A program made the translations under genes and the position numbers. A DNA stretch of 61,889 nucleotides, the filler included, from Globobulimina sp. (Eukaryota): NCBI GenBank assembly GCA_003354225.1. It is 20 parts of 20 records of this genome, joined end to end, with 100 filler letters (N's around TTAATTAATTAA, not from the genome) between each part and the next. Parts side by side here need not be neighbours in the genome. Positions count along the whole stretch, not along the records: positions 31,010 to 34,009 come from PIVH01004079.1; positions 34,110 to 37,109 come from PIVH01004080.1; positions 37,210 to 40,207 come from PIVH01004081.1; positions 40,308 to 43,305 come from PIVH01004082.1; positions 43,406 to 46,403 come from PIVH01004083.1; 15 more parts are not named here. The stretch is one strand, 5' to 3'. This document shows positions 31,226-44,404 of the stretch, one piece after another. Numbering within the stretch: the first letter of the stretch is position 1; the number at the start of each line of letters is the position of its first letter. The notes under the pieces are model-generated. The model did not search any database. It saw only the letters and a program-made list of their open reading frames with translations, and was not told the DNA's origin.

Positions 31226-34009
31226 ATGTCAACCAGAATAGATAGATTATTTTGTTTGTTGCAAGACGGTCAAAATCCATTAGTTCGTCAAACTGCAGCA
31301 CAACAAATCGGAGAAATATGTGAAATGGATCCAAACAAAGTTGACACTCTGCTTGATCGAGTTAAGTAATGTATACACTATTTTTTTGTACTAGTTGTTA
31401 TGCTCATTGTTTTACAATATTTAATTATAAGTCCTATAATTTATTATTTTCTAACAAATGGGAATCGCGAACAGCGGCTGGTCAGGTTTTTGAAGAAATA
31501 TTAAAACACGTTGCAATGGTTCACCATACAAATAAAAACGAAGAAACATTTTTAGCATTGCCATTTGAGGCACTTACAGTGCAAGGATATGATATCAAAA
31601 AAATAATAAATAATCCCCAACATTTAGTTGAATCAAATACAAATCAAACATATTTAGATGTTTTTCTCGAACATAATCATATTCATATCAAAAATGACTT
31701 AATTTCATTATTAATTTTAGAGAGAATTGGTTTAATTTCAGACAATGAAATATTAACTTTAAACACATTAAAATCGCAATACATTCAACTAATTGAAAAT
31801 AAACAAAATAATGATATTGATATTGACATTGATATTGAGATTATAAAAGATGACAATTTGAATTTACAGAAAATAGAAACGTATTTAGAAAAATTAAAGG
31901 AAACAGAATCAAAAGAAAATGAGAATAATTTAAAAAATAATGATAAAAAATTGAATAAATTAAAAGATGAAGATTTTAAATTATTAATGACTCTCCGATC
32001 CTCACTACATCCAAAGAACACAAATTCAAATAAGACTAAGAATAAGCAATGTGTTGTAATAATATTTAGTGATTGGTATAAGAAATTAGTGCCATATTTA
32101 TTGCATTCGAATTGGAAATATAGACATGGCGCTGCAATCGGATTACGATCATTGTTAAAAACATTACTTATTATTGGTAATCACAATGATAATCACAATG
32201 CGAATGAGAATAATAATATATTTGTTGAAGGATGTTTAATGTGTTTAAGTGTATTATTATTAGATCGTTTTTTTGATTTTCAATCGGATATTTTGGTTGC
32301 CCCAATATCAGAGACTGTGGCCCAATGTTTTAGTTTATTTTTAAAATACACTTCAAATAATCGACATTTTCTGCAACTCTTCAATCTATTAATTGAATGT
32401 TTGGATATTAAACGAGTAAAAACATGGTCATGGCATATTCGCTATTGCAGTTATTTGGCATTAAAATATATTTTGCCACTGCATTATATGCAGATTATTG
32501 CATTTAAAAATGATAAATTAATAAAAAATATAATTTCTTTGACTTGTAATGGCTTAAAAGATGAAATGGAGGACGTTTGTAATATGTCATCACAAGTATT
32601 ATTATCAGTAATCTCTCTCTTTGATAATGTTAATATTAACGTTGACAATATGCAAAATGTTATATTTGATTCATTGTTATATGCATTAAATCAAATTGAT
32701 GAATATTTTGGTTCAACAATCAGTGTACTAAATGTTTTAAATTGTGTTTTTAATCAATTCACAGAGTTAATAAATGAATATGTCAATGATAAGAAACATC
32801 ATTATGTATTTTCAAATATATTTAACATTTTATTGTCGATAATGAATAATTCGTCAATTTGTATGAAAAAACAAGTGATTCTCACATTGCATAAATTCAT
32901 TCAGTTTGTAATTAATAAAAATATTATAAATGAAAAGCAAATTATTTCACTAATTGAGACAATATTTGATAAAATTATGTCTGAACAACATTCTGACATT
33001 AAACAAAGTATTGAAGTTTTAAAAGATGACAATGATTTTGATGAATATGAAATGTATTTACAATACGCAGAGTACATGAATCATTTGCAAAGCTTATGGA
33101 ATTACATATGTTCAAACTTACAGCATCTGATTCTGATACAACATAACAACACTAACTCACTGCCACTGCAGTATCAACAAATGATATTAAAATTGTTCAA
33201 TTCATTACAAAAGCATGCAATATTAAAGAAACAAAGCAACAGCAATGACAATGACAATGACAATGATAAAAAAGAAGAGCAACGATTGCCAACCAGTCAA
33301 TTATTAGAAAAAATTGAACAATTAAAAAATTCAAAAAATAATAAAAAAAGAAAAAGAATGGATGAAAATGAAAATAAAATGGAACCACCAATAGCTACAA
33401 AAAAACGCAAATTAAATTCAAATAAATGTGAAAATAAAAAGAGAATTGACATAAAAACAACTAACCATGAAACTGATTTTTTATATCCCTCAGAAATAAT
33501 ACTATGGAGTGTCATTGATAGTGGATGCATATTATTGTCACAATTATTTTGTTGTCATGCATTGCATCCTTTGAGTTGGGATATTGTACAATATTTATTG
33601 TTACAATTTTTGTCACAACGCAAAAAACAGAAACATAAAAAGAAAAAACATATTATTTATGGGTGGAGGCGTATCATTGGATGTTGGTTATTGTCCGATT
33701 GTTATTTTGAATTAAAAAAATATTTAAAAAATAAAAATGAAATCGAAATAGAAATGAAAGAGAATGATAAAATAATAAATATGATAAATACACTGCGAAA
33801 TGTAAAACATAATGATATTTATCAGGAATATGATGAATTAAAAATGCGTCGTCAAATGATAACATATCACACAAACAATTTAATTCTAACATTTAAACAT
33901 AACGATAATGTTTCTAACGAAATGAATAAATACTTTAATAATTTGCAATTTGATGAATATGTGCATGCATTGACAAATAAATATAATGAATGGAAATCAA
34001 TTGAAAAGA
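31226..34009 (+). CDS. BTAF1: BTAF1/Mot1 TBP-associated factor, N-terminal HEAT region, intron 31361-31431, 3'-partial
   Basis: MSTRIDRLFCLLQDG..VRQTAAQQIGE, WESRTAAGQ, WKYRHGAAIGLR and LDRFFDFQSDILVAPISETVAQ match Mot1/BTAF1 signatures. Confidence 0.85.
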
Positions 34010-34109
34010 NNNNNNNNNNNNNNNNNNNNNNNNNNNNNNNNNNNNNNNNNNNNTTAATTAATTAANNNNNNNNNNNNNNNNNNNNNNNNNNNNNNNNNNN
34101 NNNNNNNNN

Positions 34110-34442
34110 GACCATTATGATCACATACTTATTTATGATAAAAATGCAGACACAATGAACCAGATTGTGGAATATTTATTAAATAAAATCTTCAAAAACG
34201 ATGGAAACACAGTCAGTTTGCTGCTCCATCATTGGGGAATGCATCAAAACGAAACAATGTTTGATGTCTATTCAGTGCATAGCACCACTTTCAGCAAAAA
34301 AGAAATGAATGACAGATTGCTTTATTTTTACGGCAGCAGAAAGAATATATTACGCAAAGCATTGCGAATATATGAAATTGATTATCACTTGTTGCCAATT
34401 GCAAAGCCGCTGTGGATACAACAACTAATTAACTCAAGCTAG
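34110..34442 (+). CDS. Hypothetical protein C-terminus, 5'-partial
   Basis: Open frame from the contig edge to TAG at 34440-34442. Confidence 0.35.
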   Translation, partial: DHYDHILIYDKNADTMNQIVEYLLNKIFKNDGNTVSLLLHHWGMHQNETMFDVYSVHSTTFSKKEMNDRLLYFYGSRKNILRKALRIYEIDYHLLPIAKPLWIQQLINSS

Positions 34443-34461
34443 AAAACCATTGTCATTTATC

Positions 34462-35705
34462 ATGTTGCTTCTCGCTCAACTAAGGAAACAATTATCCGAT
34501 TTAAAAAGTAGATTGCAAAACGCACCCAGATGGAAACAAGCAACGGCGGGGATAATTGTACTCGGCGCAGCATATAAAATATATAAATGCATGAAACTAA
34601 AACAAGAGGAAAAGGCAGAATGGTTTCCCAATGTTCCCCATTTCACTGCAAAAAAGATTGTAAATTGTAAAAATAAATTGGGAGAATGCTGTTTATGGGA
34701 TAACAAACATAAAATATTGTGTTGGATTGATAATATTGGTAAAAAATTTTGGATCTACAACCCAAAGACACAGGAATCGCGACATTTTGATACGACAGAA
34801 TGTGTCGGCTCCTTTTGTTTTTGCACAGATAATTCGTATTTGCTCGCATTCGAAACTGGGCCGGCTTTTTATGACTTAATTACACATAAATTAAGGTAGC
34901 GGAATTAAATAAAATATGTATTCTGTTTTTAGTGTTTCTGAGCATAAATATTATATTATTTAATTCCGCGTTACCTTAATTCAGCAAAAAAATATTCAAT
35001 TTCGAGCCAAATATTGCATCCAAAATGAATGATGGCAGAGTTGATAGAAATGGCCGTTTTGTTGTTGGTGGAGCCATGAAATTATATGATGAAAATGGCG
35101 GCAATTTTTTAATGAATTTTGTGAATAAATGCCGCAATATATATTTATCTACGCTTTGTAGGCAATCATCGATTTATCGAATAAACTGCGATTTATCGCA
35201 TCAGATTTTGGTGAAAGACGTATTATGCGCAAATTCAATCTGTTTCAGTTTGAGTGGAGATAGTATGTATTTTACAGACTCATTGAAATGGTTTGGAAGG
35301 AATGCGAAAATCATGAAATTGGATTATTATAACAACAACAGATTGCCATCAAATCCTGCAATGTTTACGCAACATTGTCAGGGAGCGAATGGATCGGTGG
35401 TTGACTCAGTCGGTAATGTATGGACTGCGCATTGCAGCTTTGGCAAAGTCAGTGGTATTGATCCAAATGGCAATGTCAAATATGTGGTAGATGTACCAGA
35501 TAAATATGTGACTTGTTGTACATTTGGCGGCGAACATTTAGACACTTTGTATATTACCACATTGGACCCAGCAACTTTGGGTATGACTGTGACAGGAGAA
35601 AGTAATGAGGAATTTGGTGCTTTGTATTGTGTGAAATTACCAAATGTAAAAGGTTGCGTAGAAAACAGATTTGGCGGTTCTCGGAAACAATTAACAGAGA
35701 CTTGA
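34462..35705 (+). CDS. SMP-30/gluconolactonase/regucalcin-family protein with N-terminal hydrophobic anchor, intron 34896-34984
   Basis: LGECCLWD..LCWID, MNDGRVDRNGRF, ANSICFS..MYFTDS, GSVVDSVGNVW and TCCTFGGEHLDTLYITT. Confidence 0.9.
34889..34984 (+). mobile_element. Terminal-inverted-repeat (MITE/introner-like) element that coincides with an 89-nt intron
   Basis: aattaaggta--gcggaattaaataa (34889-34912) is the reverse complement of ttatttaattccgcgttaccttaatt (34956-34981) apart from a 2-nt indel. TTAA flanks both ends. Confidence 0.65.
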
Positions 35706-35733
35706 CGCTTATTCACATTACAATGTATGGTAT

Positions 35734-36828
35734 TTAATATATAATTGATTTGCCTTTGACCGTCGCCAATTTCCCACTTCTATAATCTGCAAAACATTGC
35801 CTAATCTCTTTTTGTGTATTCATTACAAATGGGCCACGCCAAGCAATCGGCTCTTTGATTGGCTGTCCCAAAAGCAACAAAAATCCGAAATCTTTATTTT
35901 TCGAACTCATAACTTGAATGAAATCGCCATCCTCACTAAACTTCAATGTGTCTGTTCTTTTGACTTTGCTCCATTTCCCATCGCCATTTGCAACAACACC
36001 TTCACCGTCGTACACGTACATAATCGCAGTGCGCAATATATTTGCCATAGATTCAGGAATAACGTGTTTGTGAACAATTGGACCTTTCTCAATATTATAA
36101 TCAAAATACATTATCGGCACAATCGGTTTCAAACTGCTTTTGTGGACTTTCCATTCTTTTTTGTGTTGATTAAAATAATTAATTTCTCCCGCGATCACTT
36201 TACATTTTATACCTTTGGCAATCTGCAAAAATGGAAAATTCTTTGCCGTAATTTGTTGATACTGAGGGTCACACATTTTATATTTCTTTGGTAAGTTTAC
36301 CCACATTTGAAATCCATGAAGCACTCCGCCTGAAAATGTGTGTTTTTGTACATATACAAAATATAAAAACAACAAAGCAAAGTTTGTATACTGACCTGGA
36401 TGGTCTTTGCCTTCGTCGTGAATGATGCCGCTCCCTGCAGTCATCCATTGGACATCGCCGGCTTTCAATATGCCGGTCGTACCCATACTGTCCTGGTGTT
36501 TGCCCTCACCGCGTTTCATATACATCACAGTATCAAAGCCTCGGTGTGGATGCCATGGCGCGCCCTCAAACTCGTTTTTTTTGTATAGCTTTGGGCCCAA
36601 CTCATCGAGCATTAGAAATGGATCCGCTTCTTTTTCGTTCAGATGGCGCCCACCAACGGGACGGTGCACTGTAAAGCCAGCCCCTTCTTTTTGCGAATGT
36701 GCTTCAAATTGCTTCACGATTTTCCTGCAGATTAAATTGCAATGTTCTTCTTGGTTTTCTTTTTTTTCTTCTGCTTCGTTATTGAATCCGTCAAGCAAGT
36801 CGTTAATAAGTTGTTTTGCGGCCGCCAT
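35734..36828 (-). CDS. Pirin-family bicupin, in-frame intron 36330-36395
   Basis: EGAGFTVHR, DPFLMLDE, HPHRGFDTV, HQDSMG, GDVQWMTAGSGIIHDE, FQMWVNLP and EPIAWRGPFVMN. Confidence 0.95.
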   Translation of the reverse strand: MAAAKQLINDLLDGFNNEAEEKKENQEEHCNLICRKIVKQFEAHSQKEGAGFTVHRPVGGRHLNEKEADPFLMLDELGPKLYKKNEFEGAPWHPHRGFDTVMYMKRGEGKHQDSMGTTGILKAGDVQWMTAGSGIIHDEGKDHPGQYTNFALLFLYFVYVQKHTFSGGVLHGFQMWVNLPKKYKMCDPQYQQITAKNFPFLQIAKGIKCKVIAGEINYFNQHKKEWKVHKSSLKPIVPIMYFDYNIEKGPIVHKHVIPESMANILRTAIMYVYDGEGVVANGDGKWSKVKRTDTLKFSEDGDFIQVMSSKNKDFGFLLLLGQPIKEPIAWRGPFVMNTQKEIRQCFADYRSGKLATVKGKSIIY

Positions 36829-37209
36829 TGGGAATATTGTTATATTGTGGTGATGAATAGTTTGAGTATGGAACGATAAATCAAAGAGTTGTGCATACAA
36901 CGAAGTGACTAAAAAACTTGCTCTCTGAGTTTAGAGATAAATATATTGCGAGAATGAGTAACATTAAATTGGCAAACTGAGCACTAAAATTTTGATCTTC
37001 ACAAACACACAAAACACGTACGGCAATTACAAGTAACCAAAATTAAAAATAACTACAAATATTAAATATAATATAAATAAAGACAGAAACAAAACAGATT
37101 GACAATATANNNNNNNNNNNNNNNNNNNNNNNNNNNNNNNNNNNNNNNNNNNNTTAATTAATTAANNNNNNNNNNNNNNNNNNNNNNNNNNNNNNNNNNN
37201 NNNNNNNNN

Positions 37210-38599
37210 GAACGATAATGGTGAATTTTGTTCCGATTTACTAAAATTTGGTGGATCCAGTACTGGCTTTGATGTGTACTTTTCATTACAATTTCATTTT
37301 CGTCATCGGGCCTCACATGCAAATATCTCATGTTTTAGCGAATTACAAGCAGCAAAACAAACATTTGAACAGAAGTTTAATAAATTAATTGCTTCGCGGA
37401 TTGAAACATCTAAATTTAATGCATCCAAACAATTGCATACATTGCAGATAAGTGGTGATAAAAAAATAAGATTTGACAAAGGTAATGTAGTATGTGGCGA
37501 AACATTCGATTTATTTCCATTTCCGATATTTGATTATGTTATACATAATTTCGCCAGAAACAACAGTGATTTCTATATTCCATTGGAAGTGGCATCATTA
37601 ATAAAGGAATTTACACCAAATCCATTTAAATCTGAATATTTTAAAATATATCTATCCATTTATAAGAGTAAGAGAGGTTTTTTGCGAATCAATTTCAATG
37701 CTGTGTCGAGTTTAAGATGTATGCAACAAATAAATGTCATGACACAATATTGGATGCCACAAATATTACATTGCAAAGACAATGTTCCTGTAACATTACA
37801 AGCAAAAAATGTTGGTTACAACACCAAAATTTTAGCATCGAAATTAGAATCGCTTGATTCTTTTGAATTTAATGTGGGTTTAAATATATTACATTCAAAT
37901 ATGGAGATAATAAATAAAAGAAAAGAATTTTTGCATAACTTTTCTATACAACAAAGAAATGCCGTTATTGGAGATAACGAAAAACATAAATTGACATTGA
38001 CAGCATCGTTTGAGATGAATGGGGAGCATTTACAGCATTTATTTGAAGGGAAAAAAGGATGTAAATGGCCATGGATATTTGGAGCTAAAATGACTTGTGA
38101 TATTACGCCGGAATCAGCATCTTCTCATATCACAACAATTGAGCTGACCCCATCCTGCTGTAAACAAAATGGTTATTTTTATCATGGCATTGATTTTGCA
38201 GCAAATAAAGACATTTCTAAAATATTGGTGGATTTGCACTTTATTCGAGAAGAAATGATGGATGGTTGGCATAAATATAATATGTCTATAAATCAAGGAG
38301 GTGGTCGAATTGTTAAATGTTTAGCTTCCAAAGGTTTTGTTGAAATGAAAGATATGGAATATACATCATTTACCACTAAAATTATTGTTCATATCTTAAA
38401 AATGTATGGTTTTGAAAAAAAAGGTTTAAAAGAACTTGTTTTGAAGAAATTTGAATGTTTATTATGTCAGAAAATATATTATGAATCAAAACAGTATGAA
38501 AAGCATTTACAATCTTCGGATCATCGGATCAGAGAATGTCATGATTCGATATATATGGATTATACGCAAAGAAAGTTGCATCAAATAAATTCCTTTTAG
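37210..38599 (+). CDS. Hypothetical protein with C-terminal C2H2 (matrin/U1-type) zinc finger, 5'-partial
   Basis: More than 440 open codons; FECLLCQKIYYESKQYEKHLQSSDH. Confidence 0.6.
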
Positions 38600-38958
38600 T
38601 TTTTTTATTTTTGTGTCTGCGCTGTTTGTAAAACAAATGCATTATATAGTATTGTATTTGGATTCTGTTTTTCGTATAAACGGTAGTTACATATGATACC
38701 CCCCAAAATAATAGTTACATATAGTTACATATTGCATACCGAAAATAATTTTTATAGAACCCAAAGAGATACATATACTACGTATACTACTCTCTATGGG
38801 ATAAATGCTGTTCTAAAGTACTGAAACGTTGTTTTTGTTTTCAGATCTTCATAATTCACAGGCTGCAGTATATTATTCGTCTAAAAATACAAAGGGGGGA
38901 TGGGTTATCGGAATTATTTAATCTAAGCTACTATATACATACATGGACACTCAATAAA

Positions 38959-40207
38959 ATGAAATACGGATTACTCTTAGCATCACATATCATTGAAGAA
39001 TGGCGCCAATATTACAGTTAATTTCCGTTATCTTTCTCACTCTTATTTTCATGTACAATACAACAAAAAAAAAATTACATCTACAGTCTCCTATGATGTA
39101 CTCAAAACCACCATTGATTCTTTAAAATCACAAGTGTACGGCACAGACGACGCAGCATCAGCAGTATCCGTCGAAACTATCTCTACTAAATGCTCCATAC
39201 TAACCTCAATATTCTTTTATTGTTTCGAATGTTGTTTATCTAAATCACACGACGCCGATGTCATAGAACAGCACGAAGAGACCTTACTAATCCATCGACG
39301 ATCACAAACATCCCTCGACATCACACACATTGGCAGCGACGGTTTGCGCTCACCGTCCGCGAAAAGGAAAAAACATCATCGCCATTATGCCTCCTTACGA
39401 GCACCATTCAAACTCGTACAAAACCCCAAACCTCCACCAACCACAAAGGCACATTCCAGTCATTCATCATTGACCAACGAAAAAGAAGAGAAGCAGTCAC
39501 TAATCGACCATGCTTATTCGCCTCCAGTCTCTACATATTCGCATAAAGAAGCTATAAAATTAGAGGCTGAACATAAAAACAATGGTTCTGTGCAAGGATA
39601 CTTATTCGATAAGGAACACCAAAGGAAGTTAGCCATTGACAAAGTGAACTCATTTTATTCCAAGTCCTTAGCCATTGATAAATGGCAGGAAATAATCCAC
39701 CAAGAATCGGATAAAGTGAATACATTCTATCTAAACATTGAAAGTCAATTATTATCCGAATATGAGCAGATCCTGCACAAAATAGATAAGTTATACAAGG
39801 TATTCCAGGCCAAACATATGTCGCTGGACTTCAATGCGGAAGCTTCGCCGTTGTCGCTTCACAATACTTTGAATGCGTCGCTCTCCAACCTCGCGAATGA
39901 AAGTCACAGCGACAAAAAAGAAATGGGCTTGTTAGAACCACTCAAAATTCCAAATAAGTATAAAAAAAGAAATATCCATTTGTACCAAATGAAGTTGAAT
40001 ATATTTATACTGTATCAGCGATTTATTGCGTTGTCCAACTTTCGTACTTTGAACCAAATTGGATTCAGGAAAATATTGAAGAAATTCGATAAGAACTTCA
40101 AAGCATTGCAGCAGAAGAAGATAATGAAAGAAATCAATGGTTTGGATTTCGTCGAGTCTACGCAATGTAGGCTGTGTATGAACGATTTGATCGTAGCATA
40201 CAGCAAT
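38959..40207 (+). CDS. SPX-domain protein, intron 39017-39086, 3'-partial
   Basis: Spliced MKYGLLLASHIIEEWRQYYISYDVLK, ESDKVNTFY and LSNFRTLNQIGFRKILKKFDK. Confidence 0.9.
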
Positions 40208-40799
40208 NNNNNNNNNNNNNNNNNNNNNNNNNNNNNNNNNNNNNNNNNNNNTTAATTAATTAANNNNNNNNNNNNNNNNNNNNNNNNNNNNNNNNNNNNN
40301 NNNNNNNACTAAGATATAAATATAAACACTTCGATGCGAATACAAAATTCCTTTTGGATCACCCCAAGTTCCCGAAGTGTATTAAAAACTCAATGCCGTT
40401 GCACTCCTCTCATCTAAATGGGGAAAATTATAATCAATTTTAAATATGCCCAAATCCTATCAATAAAATTCTTATTATTTTCTGCCTCTTAAGGCCCTCT
40501 TTCATATCATCCAAATCAATATTTAATTACTTCCATTTCTTTTCGAATAATATTACAATCTTCTCTTACAATATTCACACCAAGGAATTCATCATTGTCA
40601 TTAATCCTCGCAATTGAATGTAATTAGTGAGCCGTGCATTTAGATTCGAGCTGGTGAATATTCAGTCAAGCTTTTGGAAAACTGCAGAAAACTGTACGTT
40701 ACCATCAACCATTTCACAGGAAGCAAAAAGCCAATTGCAGTGTTGAAGCGAACTGTTAATTTAATTAATAAAAAAAGTCTGCACTAAAGTGAACTAAAA

Positions 40800-42515
40800 A
40801 TGGGAACAGGTTATTTAGACTCTGTTGATGTGGCGGCAATAATATTAATCATAATTAGTTGTATTATATTTATTCCAATCTTAGTTTATTCATTATATAG
40901 ATTTCATAGTATTGCACGTACAGAATTTGTCAAACACCGAAATCCTGCAATTGTTTACATCATTAACATACTCTCTGTTTTTTGTTTTTTATCAGAAAGA
41001 ATATTTGCAATTTGTATGGAAGTTATTTTTTATGGTGAAACTTCTTTGCCATTTTGGACTGTCCACATTGGCGTCAATTTTATTGTGGTGACAGTTTATG
41101 TATTATGTGTAATTCGAACCTGGTTATTGTATTATAACCGAAATTATCATATAAAAATAGTTGAAAACGTTTGGAAAAAAGATATTAATTCAGATGAAAT
41201 TTCATGGTTTATACGTAACAAAAATAAATCTGGTTCACTCAAATATATATTTACGAGGATTGCTTTCCTCCCATCCATAATATTTATAGTTATTGAGATT
41301 ATTACTGATATAATAATTGGTCATGGTATACACGATCATTTTTTAAGTATATTATTGCCGTTAACCATATACATCGCGTCCTTTATATTATATTATAAAA
41401 TATCAGACTTTGATGATGCATTCAATATTCGTAAAGAAATATATTATCAATGTATTACTTTTTTTGCTGTAATGTGTGCTGAAATAATTGATTTAACCGT
41501 GGTCTTTATTGTTGATGCAGTACAACATCATGATCATAGTCATGAATATCATCATTATTTAGAAAGAGTGGAATGGTTAATTTCTGCCTCTATCACATAT
41601 GTCACATTATTTGCATTATCATTAAGTTTTGTGTTGTCTGTAATAGTTTAATGCATGAAAAAGGTTAAGAACGCACTTTCGTTTCTAATGATGGAAACGG
41701 AAAACAATTCTGACTTTTTTTGCATTATCATATAAAAGTGTTCACACAATTTAAATATGAATATAAATAAATAAGTTTCCACCGCATATCCAGTGTATTT
41801 GTATTTGAATATCGAGCAAGGAAAGAAACTAAGCGCTGCAGCACAGAATGCAGAGAAAAAGAAAGATTTTTCATCAATGTTGGCAGCAATTGGCAGTATG
41901 GATGGATATAAATCATTTATCACTCATTTAGTAAATCATTTTGCAACAGAAAATTTATTATTTATTACTGAACTGATTCAAATTAAACATAATTTCCAAA
42001 CGAAACATAATAACACAATAACAACAGTACCGAGAAGCGCTGATTTAGTGATTTTAACAGAAAGTGACGTTGGATGTAATGTTGTATTTGCGGACAGCGC
42101 GTGTATTACAATTGATTTTAGTGAAAAAGATGAAACTGTCAAAACTGATACTGATGCAATTGAAATATATTTTGTTGGCGGTGCAATCGAAAAAGGAGTA
42201 ACGTTTTCAGGTATTTTTGATTCGGAGAATAGATTGGTTTGCAAAATTAATTTGCCATTCAAATTGCCACAAAGTAAAATATTAACTGAATATAACGGTT
42301 TTATTGATCAAATGATTTGTTTATTTAATAAATATGTAAATGTTAACAGTGAATATGAAATAAATATATCCGGAGAAACCCGTAGTTTGTTAATACAAAT
42401 ATTTGCAAATATAAAAAATATTCAATGCACAGAAAACTATTTGTTTAATATTATGGATGATGCATGCATTGAAATATTACAATTATGCCATAGTTCATAT
42501 ATAAAATACGTATGA
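40800..42515 (+). CDS. 7TM-RGS protein, intron 41626-41775
   Basis: About 7 TM helices, then RGS motifs GYKSFITHLVNHFATENLLF, FNKYV..SEYEINISGETR and MDDACIEILQL. Splicing gives LISTAYPVYL. Confidence 0.85.
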
Positions 42516-42730
42516 CTCAAATTATAAAAATATTAGTTGTCAACAGTAGTTTTTGGTCGGTTGTCGACTAAGCCACCTATGCAATAGTTTGTATATAAAT
42601 AAATTAGTGATATTTATAAATCAGTGTGTTTTGTCATTTGTTACTCATATTATTGATCTATCATTGCACGATTTGTGTCTCGCAAAAACAAAAAAACCTT
42701 TTCCTTCAGCAACCACAAAACTTATTTCAC

Positions 42731-43305
42731 ATGCAAAAGCTTTGTAATTTTATAAACGGAGAATTTGTAGCTCCAGTGAGTGGAAAGTATTTTGATAATC
42801 TAAACCCAGCAATTAAGCCAAGAAATAAATAATTTAGTGCCAGATAGTGATTATCGTGACGTAGAAAATGCAATTAATTCAGCACAAGAAGCATATAAAA
42901 AATGGGGCAAATTACATTTTAAAGAACGTGCTGTATATTTGGATAAAATTGCTGAAGTAATGAAAGAAGAAAAAGTATTTGAAGAACTTGTTAGATCCGA
43001 TTCAAATGATATGGTATATTTATCAAATATATTTTGTAGGGCAAACCAATAAATTTTATGCGACAAATGGATGTTCCAATCGCCATTGATGAGTTTGAGA
43101 AATATTCAAAATTAATCCAATGTATAACCACACCATATTATCAAATGAGGGATGCCGTGGGCTTTGAGCATCGTAATCCGATTGGCATCGTTGGTCTTAT
43201 CACACCATGGAATTTCCCGATATTATTATTTTGCATAAAAGTATCTGCAGCGATCGTATGTGGTAATTGTGTCATATCTAAACCGTCAGAATTAACACCA
43301 ACATC
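42731..43305 (+). CDS. Aldehyde dehydrogenase (ALDH8A1/aminomuconate-semialdehyde DH-like), 3'-partial; +1 frameshift near 42815 and 26-nt intron 43014-43039
   Basis: NFINGEFVAPVSGKYFDNLNPA, VPDSD..DVENA, DM|GKP, PIGIVGLITPWNFP and KPSELTP. Confidence 0.88.
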
Positions 43306-43405
43306 NNNNNNNNNNNNNNNNNNNNNNNNNNNNNNNNNNNNNNNNNNNNTTAATTAATTAANNNNNNNNNNNNNNNNNNNNNNNNNNNNNNNNNNNNNNN
43401 NNNNN

Positions 43406-44340
43406 AAATGAGTGGTACACACTAAGAAAATTATGTGTCTCTTAGCGACATTGCTATGTTTTAACTGCGATACATATGATAACTTCAACCTGTATTCGAT
43501 AAATTTAATAGCAATGCGTGTTTTGCCAGAACCTGTTGGCATAAAACATATTATGTTTTGTTTTACGGCAGCTTGAAATAATTGTGATTGATAATTACGT
43601 GTTTTAATAACATTGCTATCAAACGTTTCAATCATTTTATTGATCTCTTCTGATTTCATGTCAATATCCATATCAGTACTTAATGCAAAGTTTTTTATTC
43701 CCGTTGCAAACCACCACTGCACGACCTTATTTATTATACAATGCAATGTCTGTTCATCGATGCTCTGATCCGGATCAGGTAAAAAACATTGATTATTGCT
43801 GATAAAATTAAACAATTTTCTTGGTTTACGAGGAATTGTCAGCAATGTACGCATTAATCCAATTTTCATTTTTTGAGTGGCATTCAATATTTTTATTTGT
43901 GAATTATTATCAACATTAATGTTATTATTATGTGAATGGGGCAGTGGTAATGGTAAAGGTGATGGTGACGGTGAAGGTGAGTGGTTATTATTATTATTAT
44001 TCAGTGAATAGGATAAAGGTAAAGGTGGTGGTGATGGTGAAATAATTATTATGTTATTGTTATTATTTATCACTGTTGTTTTAGTATACGATATCTTAAA
44101 TAATGCAGCATTATTATCTGCAGCAAACAGTATTTCTTTTGCCGTAGCAAAATTATTTTGATTTATGATTGACCGGATGATGTTTGTTTCATTGAAATAA
44201 ATCGAATTTGGATCAGTCAACGACTCAAATCTTACACATAAATCATTATTTAATCCAACCAATGTGGTGTTTGCATAGATTATCAATTTTTTTTTCTTTC
44301 CTTCATAACAAAAATTAGCGAATATATTTGCTTGCGACAT
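43406..44340 (-). CDS. Dicer/RIG-I-type DExD/H helicase N-terminal part, 3'-partial
   Basis: RNYQSQLFQAAVKQNIICFMPTGSGKTRIA (Q motif plus Walker A) and IIFLV. Confidence 0.75.
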
Positions 44341-44404
44341 AAAATTGTTTACAAAGATTTTCTGAATGTTTTCGAAAAACTCTACTCAATTCTAGTGACC
44401 GATC

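Noticed and set aside
41623-41778. taagttt at both ends of the 7TM-RGS intron as a target-site duplication
   Set aside because: The offset is 149 nt against a 150-nt intron, and the match is explained by splice-site consensus in AT-rich DNA.
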